A stretch of DNA of 64,000 bases from a virus, in IMG/VR virus record IMGVR_UViG_3300010885_044958, positions 70,237 to 134,236 of that record; one strand, 5' to 3'. Below, piece by piece: positions 8,550-17,157 of this stretch. Position 1 is the first letter of the stretch, and the number at the start of each line of letters is the position of its first letter. Below the pieces are notes generated by a model, which was not told the origin of the DNA, made no database searches, and worked only from the letters and a program-made list of their open reading frames with translations. A program made the translations under genes and the position numbers.

Positions 8550-8792
8550 CTAAATCTTGATTATTAAACCATTTACCAAAACTACTTGTGTATTTCTTTT
8601 TTTTTGCAAATCCCCCCATACACAAAGATTTAATATAATTGTACCCAATGTATTTATTATTGGCACAAACCAAAAAAATCTTGCACCACATGCAGATTTA
8701 AGCCAAATGTCGTGTTTTGCACACAACCTAGCTGCATTTCTACATCCAAATATACTTAGAATATAAATACTTATTAAAATTATTATTATCAT
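8550..8792 (-). CDS. small membrane protein
   Basis: two hydrophobic segments; WFVPIINT motif. Confidence 0.6.
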   Translation of the reverse strand: MIIIILISIYILSIFGCRNAARLCAKHDIWLKSACGARFFWFVPIINTLGTIILNLCVWGDLQKKRNTQVVLVNGLIIKI

Positions 8793-8977
8793 TCTACTAA
8801 TTTTTGTATTAATTCAAAATATTTTTCTACAGCTATTTCTATTAGCATAAATTCACATTGCCCAGTAAAAATCCAAAAAATGCAACAGGCAATTACACCC
8901 ACACACATAATAGGACAAATAAAAGGAACAAATATTACAGCTAATATAACTGCTGTAAGTCTTTTTAGTATTTTCAT
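8789..8977 (-). CDS. small membrane protein
   Basis: long hydrophobic stretch; ATGA overlap with the next gene. Confidence 0.6.
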   Translation of the reverse strand: MKILKRLTAVILAVIFVPFICPIMCVGVIACCIFWIFTGQCEFMLIEIAVEKYFELIQKLVE

Positions 8978-9039
8978 AAATTATTTTTTAAAAACGCTTG
9001 TTCTTACAATGAATCTACAAACAACCTATAGTATTTTTA

Positions 9040-9228
9040 TTATATTCTAGATGCAAGCACAGAAATTTCCCGTGTAATACGTGCTCTGTCTAAATCTGAC
9101 AATAATACAAATTCATCAGCTTTACATTCTTTAGTTACTTTTGTATTAGATTCTAATTGTGCCTTCAAAAAATTTAAGGTTCGCACTCTACGTTTTCTGG
9201 CTGATGCCTGTTTGCTCCATGTTTTCAT
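9040..9228 (-). CDS. hypothetical protein
   Basis: 62-aa basic ORF. Confidence 0.65.
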   Translation of the reverse strand: MKTWSKQASARKRRVRTLNFLKAQLESNTKVTKECKADEFVLLSDLDRARITREISVLASRI

Positions 9229-9280
9229 ACACTTCTTAGCTTTTAATTGTTATATAATAATTGTTTGTAATACATTTTTA

Positions 9281-9340
9281 AAAAACTGCATGTGAGCTGT
9301 CTAAGACATTTATCCTATCAATAAGGCCACTCACATACAG
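9281..9340 (-). terminator. terminator-like hairpin with a large loop
   Basis: CTGTATGTGAG/CTCACATGCAG (G.U on minus) plus T-run. Confidence 0.55.
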
Positions 9341-9350
9341 AACTCAATCT

Positions 9351-9572
9351 TTAAGCTTTTACTAACTCCTTCAAATCTGCCAAACTGTGATAGATTTTTG
9401 TTACTTTTTTGTTTTGTTGTGTGCGCTTTGAGATTGCTACTTTTACCCTATCATTAGGATGCGTAGCAGGTAAAAACTTGCGTCCAATTTTTGGAAAATT
9501 AGAGGCATCTTCTGTTAGTGGAACTTCTTTTACTTCTCCACCAATTACGAATACTGTTGGTTTCTTGTTCAT
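9351..9572 (-). CDS. hypothetical protein
   Basis: 73 aa, preceded by AAAAACTCAAATAT-ATG. Confidence 0.7.
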   Translation of the reverse strand: MNKKPTVFVIGGEVKEVPLTEDASNFPKIGRKFLPATHPNDRVKVAISKRTQQNKKVTKIYHSLADLKELVKA

Positions 9573-9591
9573 ATATTTGAGTTTTTAAATA

Positions 9592-9828
9592 TTATAAATT
9601 TATATCAAGCACATTTATATTAGTAAATACCTTTTTTTTATCTAAAATTACAAATTTGTATTTATCTGTAATCTTATTAATTCTTTTTTTAATATCTTCT
9701 ATTGTTTTTGCATCATTTTTTATAGTGTAAAGGCACATACTAAAATTCTTAGAGTTATAATGCCCCAGCTCATCATCAATAAATTCATTTACTAATGCAT
9801 TAAATATTTTATTATTTGTGTTTGGCAT
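9592..9828 (-). CDS. hypothetical protein
   Basis: 78-aa ORF. Confidence 0.55.
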   Translation of the reverse strand: MPNTNNKIFNALVNEFIDDELGHYNSKNFSMCLYTIKNDAKTIEDIKKRINKITDKYKFVILDKKKVFTNINVLDINL

Positions 9829-10307
9829 TTCTAATAATTTTATTAGATACTAAAGCTTTTATTATATATTGTGCATCTGCGCCTGGAAATTTTTTATTTA
9901 TTTCAGTTGAATGCCATTTTCCTTTTAAATTTGCAAAATAATTTCCTGCTATTAGTGTTTCATTACTCATATTCTTTTATTTAAATTCTTAGTGTATAGA
10001 TTTAGATTGATTTGCGTTTTAATTTTTTAAAATAAGCAACCTGCTTTGATGAATAGGCTGGTAAATAAATCAAGTTAAGGCAAAGCCTATAGCCTACAAA
10101 ACTCTGCCTTAACTATGTCTTACCTGCTCAGCACGAATGAGTTTTGGCTAATACCAGGAGTACCAAGTTAAGAAGACCTTTGTATTATTTAAAAGTAATA
10201 ATTGCAATCTATTGAAAAAATATATTATAATTATTATTATACGTGCAGAATATGCTACGATAATGTCATCCCAACTATATTGACTAATTTCCTTGTTGGT
10301 TGGGCAT

Positions 10308-10400
10308 AAAAAACCCGTTGAGTGTTCGCCTTGGAAGCTTTCTCAACGGGTCAGATATATATTTGACTATAAATCCCTTATTTGCGTTTCCAAGGCGAAC
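10308..10400 (-). ncRNA. candidate sRNA/leader whose 5' end pairs with its terminator loop
   Basis: TATATTTT box at 10412-10405; +1 GTTCGCCTTGGAA is complementary (13/13) to TTCCAAGGCGAAC inside the CCCGTTGAG/CTCAACGGG+T6 hairpin. Confidence 0.6.
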
Positions 10401-10549
10401 AAATAAAATATACAACTAATTTTTGAAATAAAAAAATGCAACAAAATAGGTGGCTTGAGTTCTTCGTAGAATTATGATATTATCTCCTTAGTCTCTAAGC
10501 AACATCCACCACAGCTCTAGATTACATTGTCTATTTTATTACAATTTCT

Positions 10550-10631
10550 TTTAAAATGCGCCTAGAAAATTAGAAAAAATCCCAGGCATTTATTTAAGTG
10601 AAACTGTATTTACAGATACAGTATCTTTTCT
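10550..10631 (-). ncRNA. candidate ~80-nt sRNA with its own promoter and terminator
   Basis: TTTG-N20-TAAATTTG promoter (10667-10636); ACTGTAT/ATACAGT hairpin, then a GCCTGGGA/TCTAGGC hairpin plus Ts; no ORF. Confidence 0.45.
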
Positions 10632-10776
10632 GATGCAAATTTACACCAAAATAATTTATAAACCAAATTTATTTATCCTATATTCCAAGGACTATTAGAA
10701 TCTTTTCTTACAAACCAAGATGCTTTCTTTGGTTTTCTTATTAATAATTTCTTTAATATATTATATATTTTGTGCA

Positions 10777-11007
10777 TTATTGTACAAATTCAATTGTATA
10801 ATCTTTTTGTAAATGTATTATTACGTCATGCCCAATAACAATATTTCTACCTGTTGGATATGTTACAGTATATTGCACTTTTTTATTTAAAATTTCTGGT
10901 TCAAGATGCATGTTATCACCAACGATATTAGCCATTATAGCATTTACAGTTCCGTTATCAATTGTTGCAATTTTTACTTTTTCTTTATTTAAGATTAATA
11001 TTTTCAT
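10777..11007 (-). CDS. hypothetical protein
   Basis: 76-aa ORF with an A-rich start region. Confidence 0.65.
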   Translation of the reverse strand: MKILILNKEKVKIATIDNGTVNAIMANIVGDNMHLEPEILNKKVQYTVTYPTGRNIVIGHDVIIHLQKDYTIEFVQ

Positions 11008-11304
11008 ATTTTATTTTTTAAAATGCATTTATTTCTTTATTTCAAGACTTTTAATTAATATAAATAGAACAATAAACCCATTAATACGTGGAATTCGCTT
11101 TTTAAATCGCTTATTACTGCTCTATTTATATTAATCTAATTATTTATATATCAGTTGCATCCTATAAAATTTTTGATTTCGCAAATTCCTTTAAACTAAA
11201 GTATTCTTTAAAATACCACATAGGAAACCTAAAACCTTGCTTTGCTAATAATCTAATACTAGTCTTTATTGTAACATTATTTAATGTATCCATGAGTTTT
11301 GATT

Positions 11305-11688
11305 TTATACTTGTTTTGAAATATTTTCTTTTATAATATGTATTGGTATTTTTGCAAGTGTATAATAATCATCCTCTGAAAACATTGCATATGCACCTTC
11401 ATAATTAGTTGCGTCATATTTATTTAAAATTAACGATATACACTTACCATTAGATTTCAAATTAAGAAATTGATAATCTTCCAAAGAACCATCTCTTCTA
11501 CATTCTTCTTTAATTCGTTTGTCAAATTCTAATTCTAAAGAAATACTGCCTTCTTTTATTTGTTCTGAAATATATTTTTCTAATAATTCAATATTTTCAG
11601 GAGCATTTAATTCTAAATTATACTTTATTAATTCACCAATAACTATTCTTGGCTTCTTTTTTATACCTAATAATGCTAACAATCCCAT
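11305..11688 (-). CDS. hypothetical protein
   Basis: 127 aa, preceded by AAAACTCAAAAA-ATG. Confidence 0.75.
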   Translation of the reverse strand: MGLLALLGIKKKPRIVIGELIKYNLELNAPENIELLEKYISEQIKEGSISLELEFDKRIKEECRRDGSLEDYQFLNLKSNGKCISLILNKYDATNYEGAYAMFSEDDYYTLAKIPIHIIKENISKQV

Positions 11689-11731
11689 TTTTTGAGTTTT
11701 AAAATGTGTTTATATAATAATTAATTAAAAA

Positions 11732-11826
11732 TAGATAATAGCCAAGATCGTATAAGAGTTGAACCTATATCTTTACACAAAATGTAACACTTTAACCGTT
11801 AAGCTAACCACCTTAGCTATTATCTA
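11732..11826 (-). ncRNA. tRNA-like element (pseudo-tRNA) within an extended stem
   Basis: D-arm GCTT-AACGGTTA-AAGT, TTACA-TTTTG-TGTAA arm, ATAGG-TTCAACT-CTTAT T-arm; the acceptor is extended by about 13 further base pairs. Confidence 0.55.
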
Positions 11827-11840
11827 AGAACTTATAAAAA

Positions 11841-11995
11841 TAGATAAAATATACATTTATTTTATTAAAATGCGTTTTTCGCCTCATTTTATCGAAGGCT
11901 GTGCAATTAGCTATTCTGCACTCTATGTCTCAATTCATCCATCTATTACGTAATTCGGGAAACTGTGAGAAACAGTAAAATGTATATTTTATCTA
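11841..11995. repeat. 18-bp perfect inverted repeat enclosing ~120 nt of non-coding sequence
   Basis: TAGATAAAATATACATTT ... AAATGTATATTTTATCTA. Confidence 0.8.
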
Positions 11996-12047
11996 ATGTG
12001 TTGCATTTTTTCAAAAATTTCTGCGCAAATACCTATACACCAAGACT

Positions 12048-12857
12048 TTATTTACTAGCTTTTATTCTACTATCTACCTGTACAGCATGTGAGAGTTTGT
12101 ATTCTGCTAACCATTCTCGAATTTTATCTGCCCACCAACTTTCTTCATACGTATCAGGGTAACTATCAGTTTTACCTATACCTTGTAAAATTATTTCAAA
12201 AATTTGTGTATCTGTCCATCCTGTACTACATACTACAGGTAGATTCTTTGCTGCACTATCATACGCTGCCATCCAAAAATCATGTGCTTTACTATCAGAT
12301 ACTTTATCAGCTTCTTCTCTATTCAGCTTTGCATATTCACGTTCTGCTATTTCTCCCACACTACCTGTTGGTTGTACAGACTGAGACTGTATATCGGCAC
12401 CATGATTATCTCTCTTGTAATATTCCAAGAGTTGTGTACAATTGTGCAGTCCTCTTTGTGAATACGTTTGCATAAAGTCAATCATATCTTTATCTGACCA
12501 ACTACCCGATTTTTGCTGAGATTGTATAGCTGCATTATATCCTGCACGACACCCTTTCATGAATATGTTGTTATCGTACTCTTCTGTTTGATGACTATCA
12601 AAATCAGGTGTATCGGGTTTCCCATATCCATAACTTGTTGCCAATGTTGCCAATATCTTCTCTACCTCTTCCTGAGTAAGTCTAGATACTGGTGTATGTG
12701 CTACAGTTTTTGATTTTGCAAATAACTGTTCTAACTCCGCAAATGATTCAGCTATACACGCTCTACCAGAATTATAGTAATATTTACCGTATTGACTGAT
12801 TCCTTTACTTTGCATCCACTGTAACATATCCTGTGGTATTGTCTGTTGCTGTTCCAT
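12048..12857 (-). CDS. hypothetical mosaic protein
   Basis: 269 aa; own TAAATTTG box at 12895-12888; repeated W(S/T)D.. modules. Confidence 0.75.
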   Translation of the reverse strand: MEQQQTIPQDMLQWMQSKGISQYGKYYYNSGRACIAESFAELEQLFAKSKTVAHTPVSRLTQEEVEKILATLATSYGYGKPDTPDFDSHQTEEYDNNIFMKGCRAGYNAAIQSQQKSGSWSDKDMIDFMQTYSQRGLHNCTQLLEYYKRDNHGADIQSQSVQPTGSVGEIAEREYAKLNREEADKVSDSKAHDFWMAAYDSAAKNLPVVCSTGWTDTQIFEIILQGIGKTDSYPDTYEESWWADKIREWLAEYKLSHAVQVDSRIKASK

Positions 12858-12934
12858 ATTCTATTTGTTTGTATTAAGTAAATATTGCAAATTTACAAAA
12901 ATTTTTTAAACTTAGCGCATTTAAAGCTTGGCAA

Positions 12935-13093
12935 TTATTCTTCATTTACCCACATAATAAATTCTAACATTTTTGCAGTTAATCCTGTTATTATATACAT
13001 AGGTAAATATTGCTTATTTCCTAAAATTGCAAACGCAACTGACCATAAAACAACAAGCATACATATTATTCTTGCAATTGTATATTTTTTCAT
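12935..13093 (-). CDS. small membrane protein (52 aa, not in ORF track)
   Basis: MKKYTIARIICMLVVLWSVAFAILGNKQYLPMYIITGLTAKMLEFIMWVNEE; preceded by AAAAAACTCAAAA-ATG. Confidence 0.6.
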   Translation of the reverse strand: MKKYTIARIICMLVVLWSVAFAILGNKQYLPMYIITGLTAKMLEFIMWVNEE

Positions 13094-13197
13094 TTTTGAG
13101 TTTTTTAAGATTAAATAATAATTTTCAATTTTTAAGACGCAATATAATACAAAAATAAGTTTAGCCTTTGATATAATCTCCAGCTAAACTCAAATTC

Positions 13198-13563
13198 TTA
13201 TTCACCAATAGATTCTTCAAAGTCTTCAAAATAACCTCTATTACCATTTCTATCCATTCCATAATACATTCCTTGCGGTGCGTTTGAATAAATTTCATTA
13301 GAAGCCTCTTCATAAGACCAAGGAGTTTCATCATATTGCCCACCTTCTGGCAATTTTTCAAGCCCGGCAATTTCTTCAAGAATATCATCTATTTCAGCTT
13401 GCTGTTCATCCCTATACCAACCATATTCAAGATTACTCTGATAATTATCAGATACATCTTCAATATCTTCAGCCGTGCAATGTGAAGGCTTATTATCTAC
13501 AAGCTCTTGTTTTATTTTAAGAACTTGCAATTTCAATTCGTCAATTTTTTCAAGATTTGTCAT
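13198..13563 (-). CDS. acidic hypothetical protein
   Basis: 121 aa, very D/E-rich; AAAACTCAAAAAAC upstream. Confidence 0.75.
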   Translation of the reverse strand: MTNLEKIDELKLQVLKIKQELVDNKPSHCTAEDIEDVSDNYQSNLEYGWYRDEQQAEIDDILEEIAGLEKLPEGGQYDETPWSYEEASNEIYSNAPQGMYYGMDRNGNRGYFEDFEESIGE

Positions 13564-14055
13564 AATAAATAGTTTTTTGAGTTTTAAATGTGAAAATTTT
13601 TTAACAAATGCGCAATATATTATACTAACAAATCACTTCAATAAGTCAGTATTGCCTCTCCTGTATAATAAATAAAATATAATTGCCTTAACCTAGCAAT
13701 CTTGTAAATGCAAATAGGTGTGAAATAATCACAATTGATAGTTATACTGGAATATCAGCCTTTGATCCGTAACAGCGTTATTCGGTGTCATGCTCGCGTT
13801 CTTATTGCAATCAGAATAGTTCTTTTGAATAGTTAGAACTAACAACATCTATTTGTGAATGAAAAAATGTACAATTTTGCAGTAAAATTGATACCCACAT
13901 AAAGCAAAGGTTTAGTTACAGATACCTATAAACTGCTATATTACTTGAAGTCAAGGTTATGATCCTTATTTCTCGAACTCATTGGCATTGCACCAATCTT
14001 AGCTTATATAGAACTATTGTAAAATAAAATTATAAAAATAGCTCGGCAATCAATT

Positions 14056-14102
14056 AAAAAGAGCTAACGCAAACCAATATTACTATCAGTCTACGTTAAC
14101 TC
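14056..14102 (-). terminator. intrinsic terminator
   Basis: 19-bp stem (with G.U on minus), GTAA loop, T5. Confidence 0.75.
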
Positions 14103-14109
14103 AAAGAGA

Positions 14110-14349
14110 TTAATCAACAAGTTTATCACCTGTTGTGCGATATTTCTTTACTATATCACGAGTAATAGTAAAAGAACATACTTCGATAGTATATCCTTCT
14201 GCTTTAAAATGATGTAGTTCACATTCAAAAGGTAATTCAGGTATACCTGTTGTTTGTCCTGGATAAATAGTTGCCTCACTATTGTTGACAACATCTTCTT
14301 CTACTATTTGTCCTTCTGCATCTTTGATGGCATAATAAACTGGTATCAT
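14110..14349 (-). CDS. hypothetical protein
   Basis: start reassigned to MIPVYYAIKD (14349), downstream of AAACTCAAAAAAC. Confidence 0.65.
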   Translation of the reverse strand: MIPVYYAIKDAEGQIVEEDVVNNSEATIYPGQTTGIPELPFECELHHFKAEGYTIEVCSFTITRDIVKKYRTTGDKLVD

Positions 14350-14444
14350 AATTGAAATGTTTTTTGAGTTTGAATATAAAATATAATTATATTTTCGTCC
14401 AAGTCTGATCACAAACTAATTTTAAAGTCTCCTTGGCTGACTGA

Positions 14445-14476
14445 TTTGGAATATTGAGTTTATTTATGTATATTTT
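14445..14476 (+). promoter_or_regulatory. promoter TTTG-N20-TATATTTT
   Basis: exact spacing shared with several other copies. Confidence 0.7.
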
Positions 14477-14496
14477 ATTATACTAAACTCAATTAT

Positions 14497-15096
14497 ATGG
14501 TTTATTTTATCGGTAATAAAGAAAAACAATTAGTAAAGATAGGTAAAGCTAATCAACCCAAAAGAAGAATCGAAGAAATACAAGTAGGGTTTCCTTATCA
14601 ACTTGAGATATTTTTGATAATAGAAGGCAATGAAGCAATTGAAAAAACTCTTCACAATAAGTTTAAAAATAAACACATTAGAGGAGAATGGTTTATATTA
14701 GATGAAGATATATTATCATTTATTGACAATCCTCAAATAGAAATTAATACAATATATCAAGACTCTTTAGATCATATGGTTAGATATAGTAAAGAAACAG
14801 AAAACAAAATTGAACTATTATATTCTAAATCTATGTCTAATATAGAAATAGCTAATCAATTAAATATTAATATTTCTAAAGTGAGAAAAATTATTAAACA
14901 AAGAAAATTAGCTAGTAAATATAGAATATATAAAGAATATAAAAACAAATTAACATCGCAATATAATAAAGATAGAAATATTAGAAAAAAATACAGAGAA
15001 TTATATAGAAAATCTCTAATAACTAAAGAACAATTAGATAATATACTTCTTCAATATCCCACTAAAGATAAAAGAGGTAGAAAACCTAATGAATAA
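14497..15096 (+). CDS. T5orf172/MUG113-like GIY-YIG protein with C-terminal HTH
   Basis: MVYFIG...VKIGKA..P..R..EIQ.G.P..L...E..LH.KF....IRGEWF; 'MSNIEIANQLNI..SKV'. Confidence 0.85.
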   Translation: MVYFIGNKEKQLVKIGKANQPKRRIEEIQVGFPYQLEIFLIIEGNEAIEKTLHNKFKNKHIRGEWFILDEDILSFIDNPQIEINTIYQDSLDHMVRYSKETENKIELLYSKSMSNIEIANQLNINISKVRKIIKQRKLASKYRIYKEYKNKLTSQYNKDRNIRKKYRELYRKSLITKEQLDNILLQYPTKDKRGRKPNE

Positions 15097-15622
15097 TTTA
15101 TTTACCATGTTTAAAGTCTTGGAAGGAACATAAAGACTAAAATTTTTCACGAAAACGCATTTAATTATAAATATCTACTAGATAAACAAATTATCTTATT
15201 ATTTACCTAAAGACTATAATTAAATAAGTTTAGGTCTAAGGTAAAAGAATGTGTTTAATAGGTCTTGAATAAAGAATATCCATATTCGTGCGCAAACGTT
15301 AATTAATTTTAACAAATATTCAGAGCAAAACAACTAAGATAAATGTATGATAAGTTACAACAATTCCATCAATTCACACTAAATAATTCTAAATTATACA
15401 ATAGAGTGTGCAAACAACTATAGTTCTGCCTGCACATGGATTACTATTATCCACTCTACTGTAATGATTTGTAATAAATTAGAATTGCATCTAACAAAAA
15501 TAGAATAGTTTGACTTTAATGGTATGGAGAAATGATATGTTTATAGTATTCTACCTCTATTAAATGCAATTCTAATAAATAATGTTATTAAATAAATATA
15601 TAATATTATAAATAAAGCTAAT

Positions 15623-15693
15623 ACCAAACTCATTCGCGTGCACAACTCACTAGACTCATTCGAGTATAAGTATCTCAACCAAACTCATTCGCG
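15623..15693 (+). repeat. 16-bp direct repeat (2 full copies plus 1 partial)
   Basis: ACCAAACTCATTCGCG at 15623 and 15678; ACTCATTCG at 15654. Confidence 0.85.
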
Positions 15694-15795
15694 CTTGCAT
15701 AACATATAGCACAAAATACTAATAAGTAATAATAGGAATGCAATACAATCTTTACTCAAGACCATATTACATTCCCATTAAGAACTAATTACCAA

Positions 15796-16383
15796 TTACG
15801 AAAGAACTGGTTCAACATTACTTGCAGCTACTTCAGGTGTATTACGCCTTGCAGCTTTACGTGCAGCAATTGTAGCCTTCATTTCAGCGTCCTTAGCAAG
15901 CTTACGTGCAGCATAATCATCTTCAGCCTTACGATTGGCTGTGAATGCAGTTGCAGTTGCAGAGGCATTATTCAGAGCAATACTCTCCAAATAATCCTTC
16001 TTGTCTTGAAGGCTTGGTTCATTACGGAATGCGTCTTCCTCGTCCAGAGTTACATACGATGCAACCATAACAGGATAAGGCTCTACTTCGTAACCTACCA
16101 ATTCGCCGTCTGAATCCAGCACTTCAACAGCACCAACTGGTGGATTTTCCAGCATACGCACATTACGCATTACTTTCTGTGCAACTACAAATACTTTGCA
16201 GTCGAAGCCCAAAGAACGCATTTCATCTATATCCATATCATCCTCGATACCAACGATATCACGAATAAGCTGACGCTCACCCTTTTGGATTTCAACGAAT
16301 GCAGATTTGTCACCAGCAACACGACCTGCTTTTGGGAAAGTAGACTCACTCTTCCCGTTTAACTGATTGATTTTCAGTATCAT
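15796..16383 (-). CDS. hypothetical protein, first gene of the left arm, Ala-rich C-terminus
   Basis: 195 aa; visibly higher GC and a codon style like the capsid gene. Confidence 0.85.
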   Translation of the reverse strand: MILKINQLNGKSESTFPKAGRVAGDKSAFVEIQKGERQLIRDIVGIEDDMDIDEMRSLGFDCKVFVVAQKVMRNVRMLENPPVGAVEVLDSDGELVGYEVEPYPVMVASYVTLDEEDAFRNEPSLQDKKDYLESIALNNASATATAFTANRKAEDDYAARKLAKDAEMKATIAARKAARRNTPEVAASNVEPVLS

Positions 16384-16535
16384 AAGTACAATAATTTAAT
16401 ATGGCTACCATTGAATGGTTTGTTTATTGATGGGGGGTAGCCTCTAACCCAAAACTCCCCAGGGTCAATTCGATGGTTACATAGGCTATCCTTACTTACA
16501 CAAAAATTTTTTCAGAAAAAATAAAATTTTTTACA

Positions 16536-16543
16536 TATCTTTG
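16536..16543 (+). promoter_or_regulatory. -7 promoter box TATCTTTG (leaderless transcript)
   Basis: canonical TAnnTTTG; ATG lies 12 nt from the box start. Confidence 0.6.
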
Positions 16544-16547
16544 CTAA

Positions 16548-16946
16548 ATGAAAAAGAAAGAAAAACCAATTTGGTTTATAATACCACTAGAAATGTACCC
16601 ATTTGAAATAATTGTTTCAGTTAATCAAACAGATATAGAATTAAATAATGTATTAAAAAGAAAGGGAATAGAAGACAGATACCTTGCTGAATATGGCTCT
16701 AAAAATGGCATAGGTAAATATGTACTATGGGTGGATGAAAGTTATGGGTTAATACGTATAAAAAATTTACCAAGAACGGCACAAGATTATTCAGTTCTGA
16801 TACACGAGGTGCTGCACATAGTTATTTCTGTACTTAGAGCTGTTGGTATGAAGATAGATAATGAAATGGGTTCAGATGAAGCATATACTTATTTAATGTC
16901 TTTCTTAGTTAAAAAGATTTTTACTAAATTAAATGCCTTTTATTAA
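16548..16946 (+). CDS. minimal zincin-like metalloprotease (HExxH)
   Basis: VLIHEVLH...SDEAYTYL. Confidence 0.7.
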   Translation: MKKKEKPIWFIIPLEMYPFEIIVSVNQTDIELNNVLKRKGIEDRYLAEYGSKNGIGKYVLWVDESYGLIRIKNLPRTAQDYSVLIHEVLHIVISVLRAVGMKIDNEMGSDEAYTYLMSFLVKKIFTKLNAFY

Positions 16947-16953
16947 AAATTTA

Positions 16954-16985
16954 TTTGTTTAATAAATATTAATAGTTTATCTTTG
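16954..16985 (+). promoter_or_regulatory. promoter TTTG-N20-TATCTTTG for the tRNA-Gln operon
   Basis: canonical Bacteroidota -33/-7 boxes. Confidence 0.75.
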
Positions 16986-17061
16986 CTCAAGAGTCTTTGA
17001 TCTATTTGTTCCGTGTGGATGGTCTGTTGAATTTCAGCTAGTACTTAGTTAACGGAAACTT

Positions 17062-17132
17062 GCTTCTATGATGTAACGGTAGCATATCAGACTTTGACTC
17101 TGAGAGTCCTAGTTCAAATCTAGGTAGAAGTA
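17062..17132 (+). tRNA. tRNA-Gln(UUG)
   Basis: GCTTCTA/TAGAAGT acceptor, TCAGA-CTTTGAC-TCTGA anticodon arm, CCTAG-TTCAAAT-CTAGG T-arm. Confidence 0.92.
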
Positions 17133-17157
17133 CTAACAAAAATTAAAAATTCATAAC

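Noticed and set aside
15623-15693. Mini CRISPR array
   Set aside because: Only two full 16-bp repeats, too short, with a partial copy inside the 'spacer'; no cas genes
16990-17060. Riboswitch or ribozyme in the tRNA-Gln leader (TTCCGT/ACGGAA stem)
   Set aside because: Only a short stem is evident, with no recognisable conserved core
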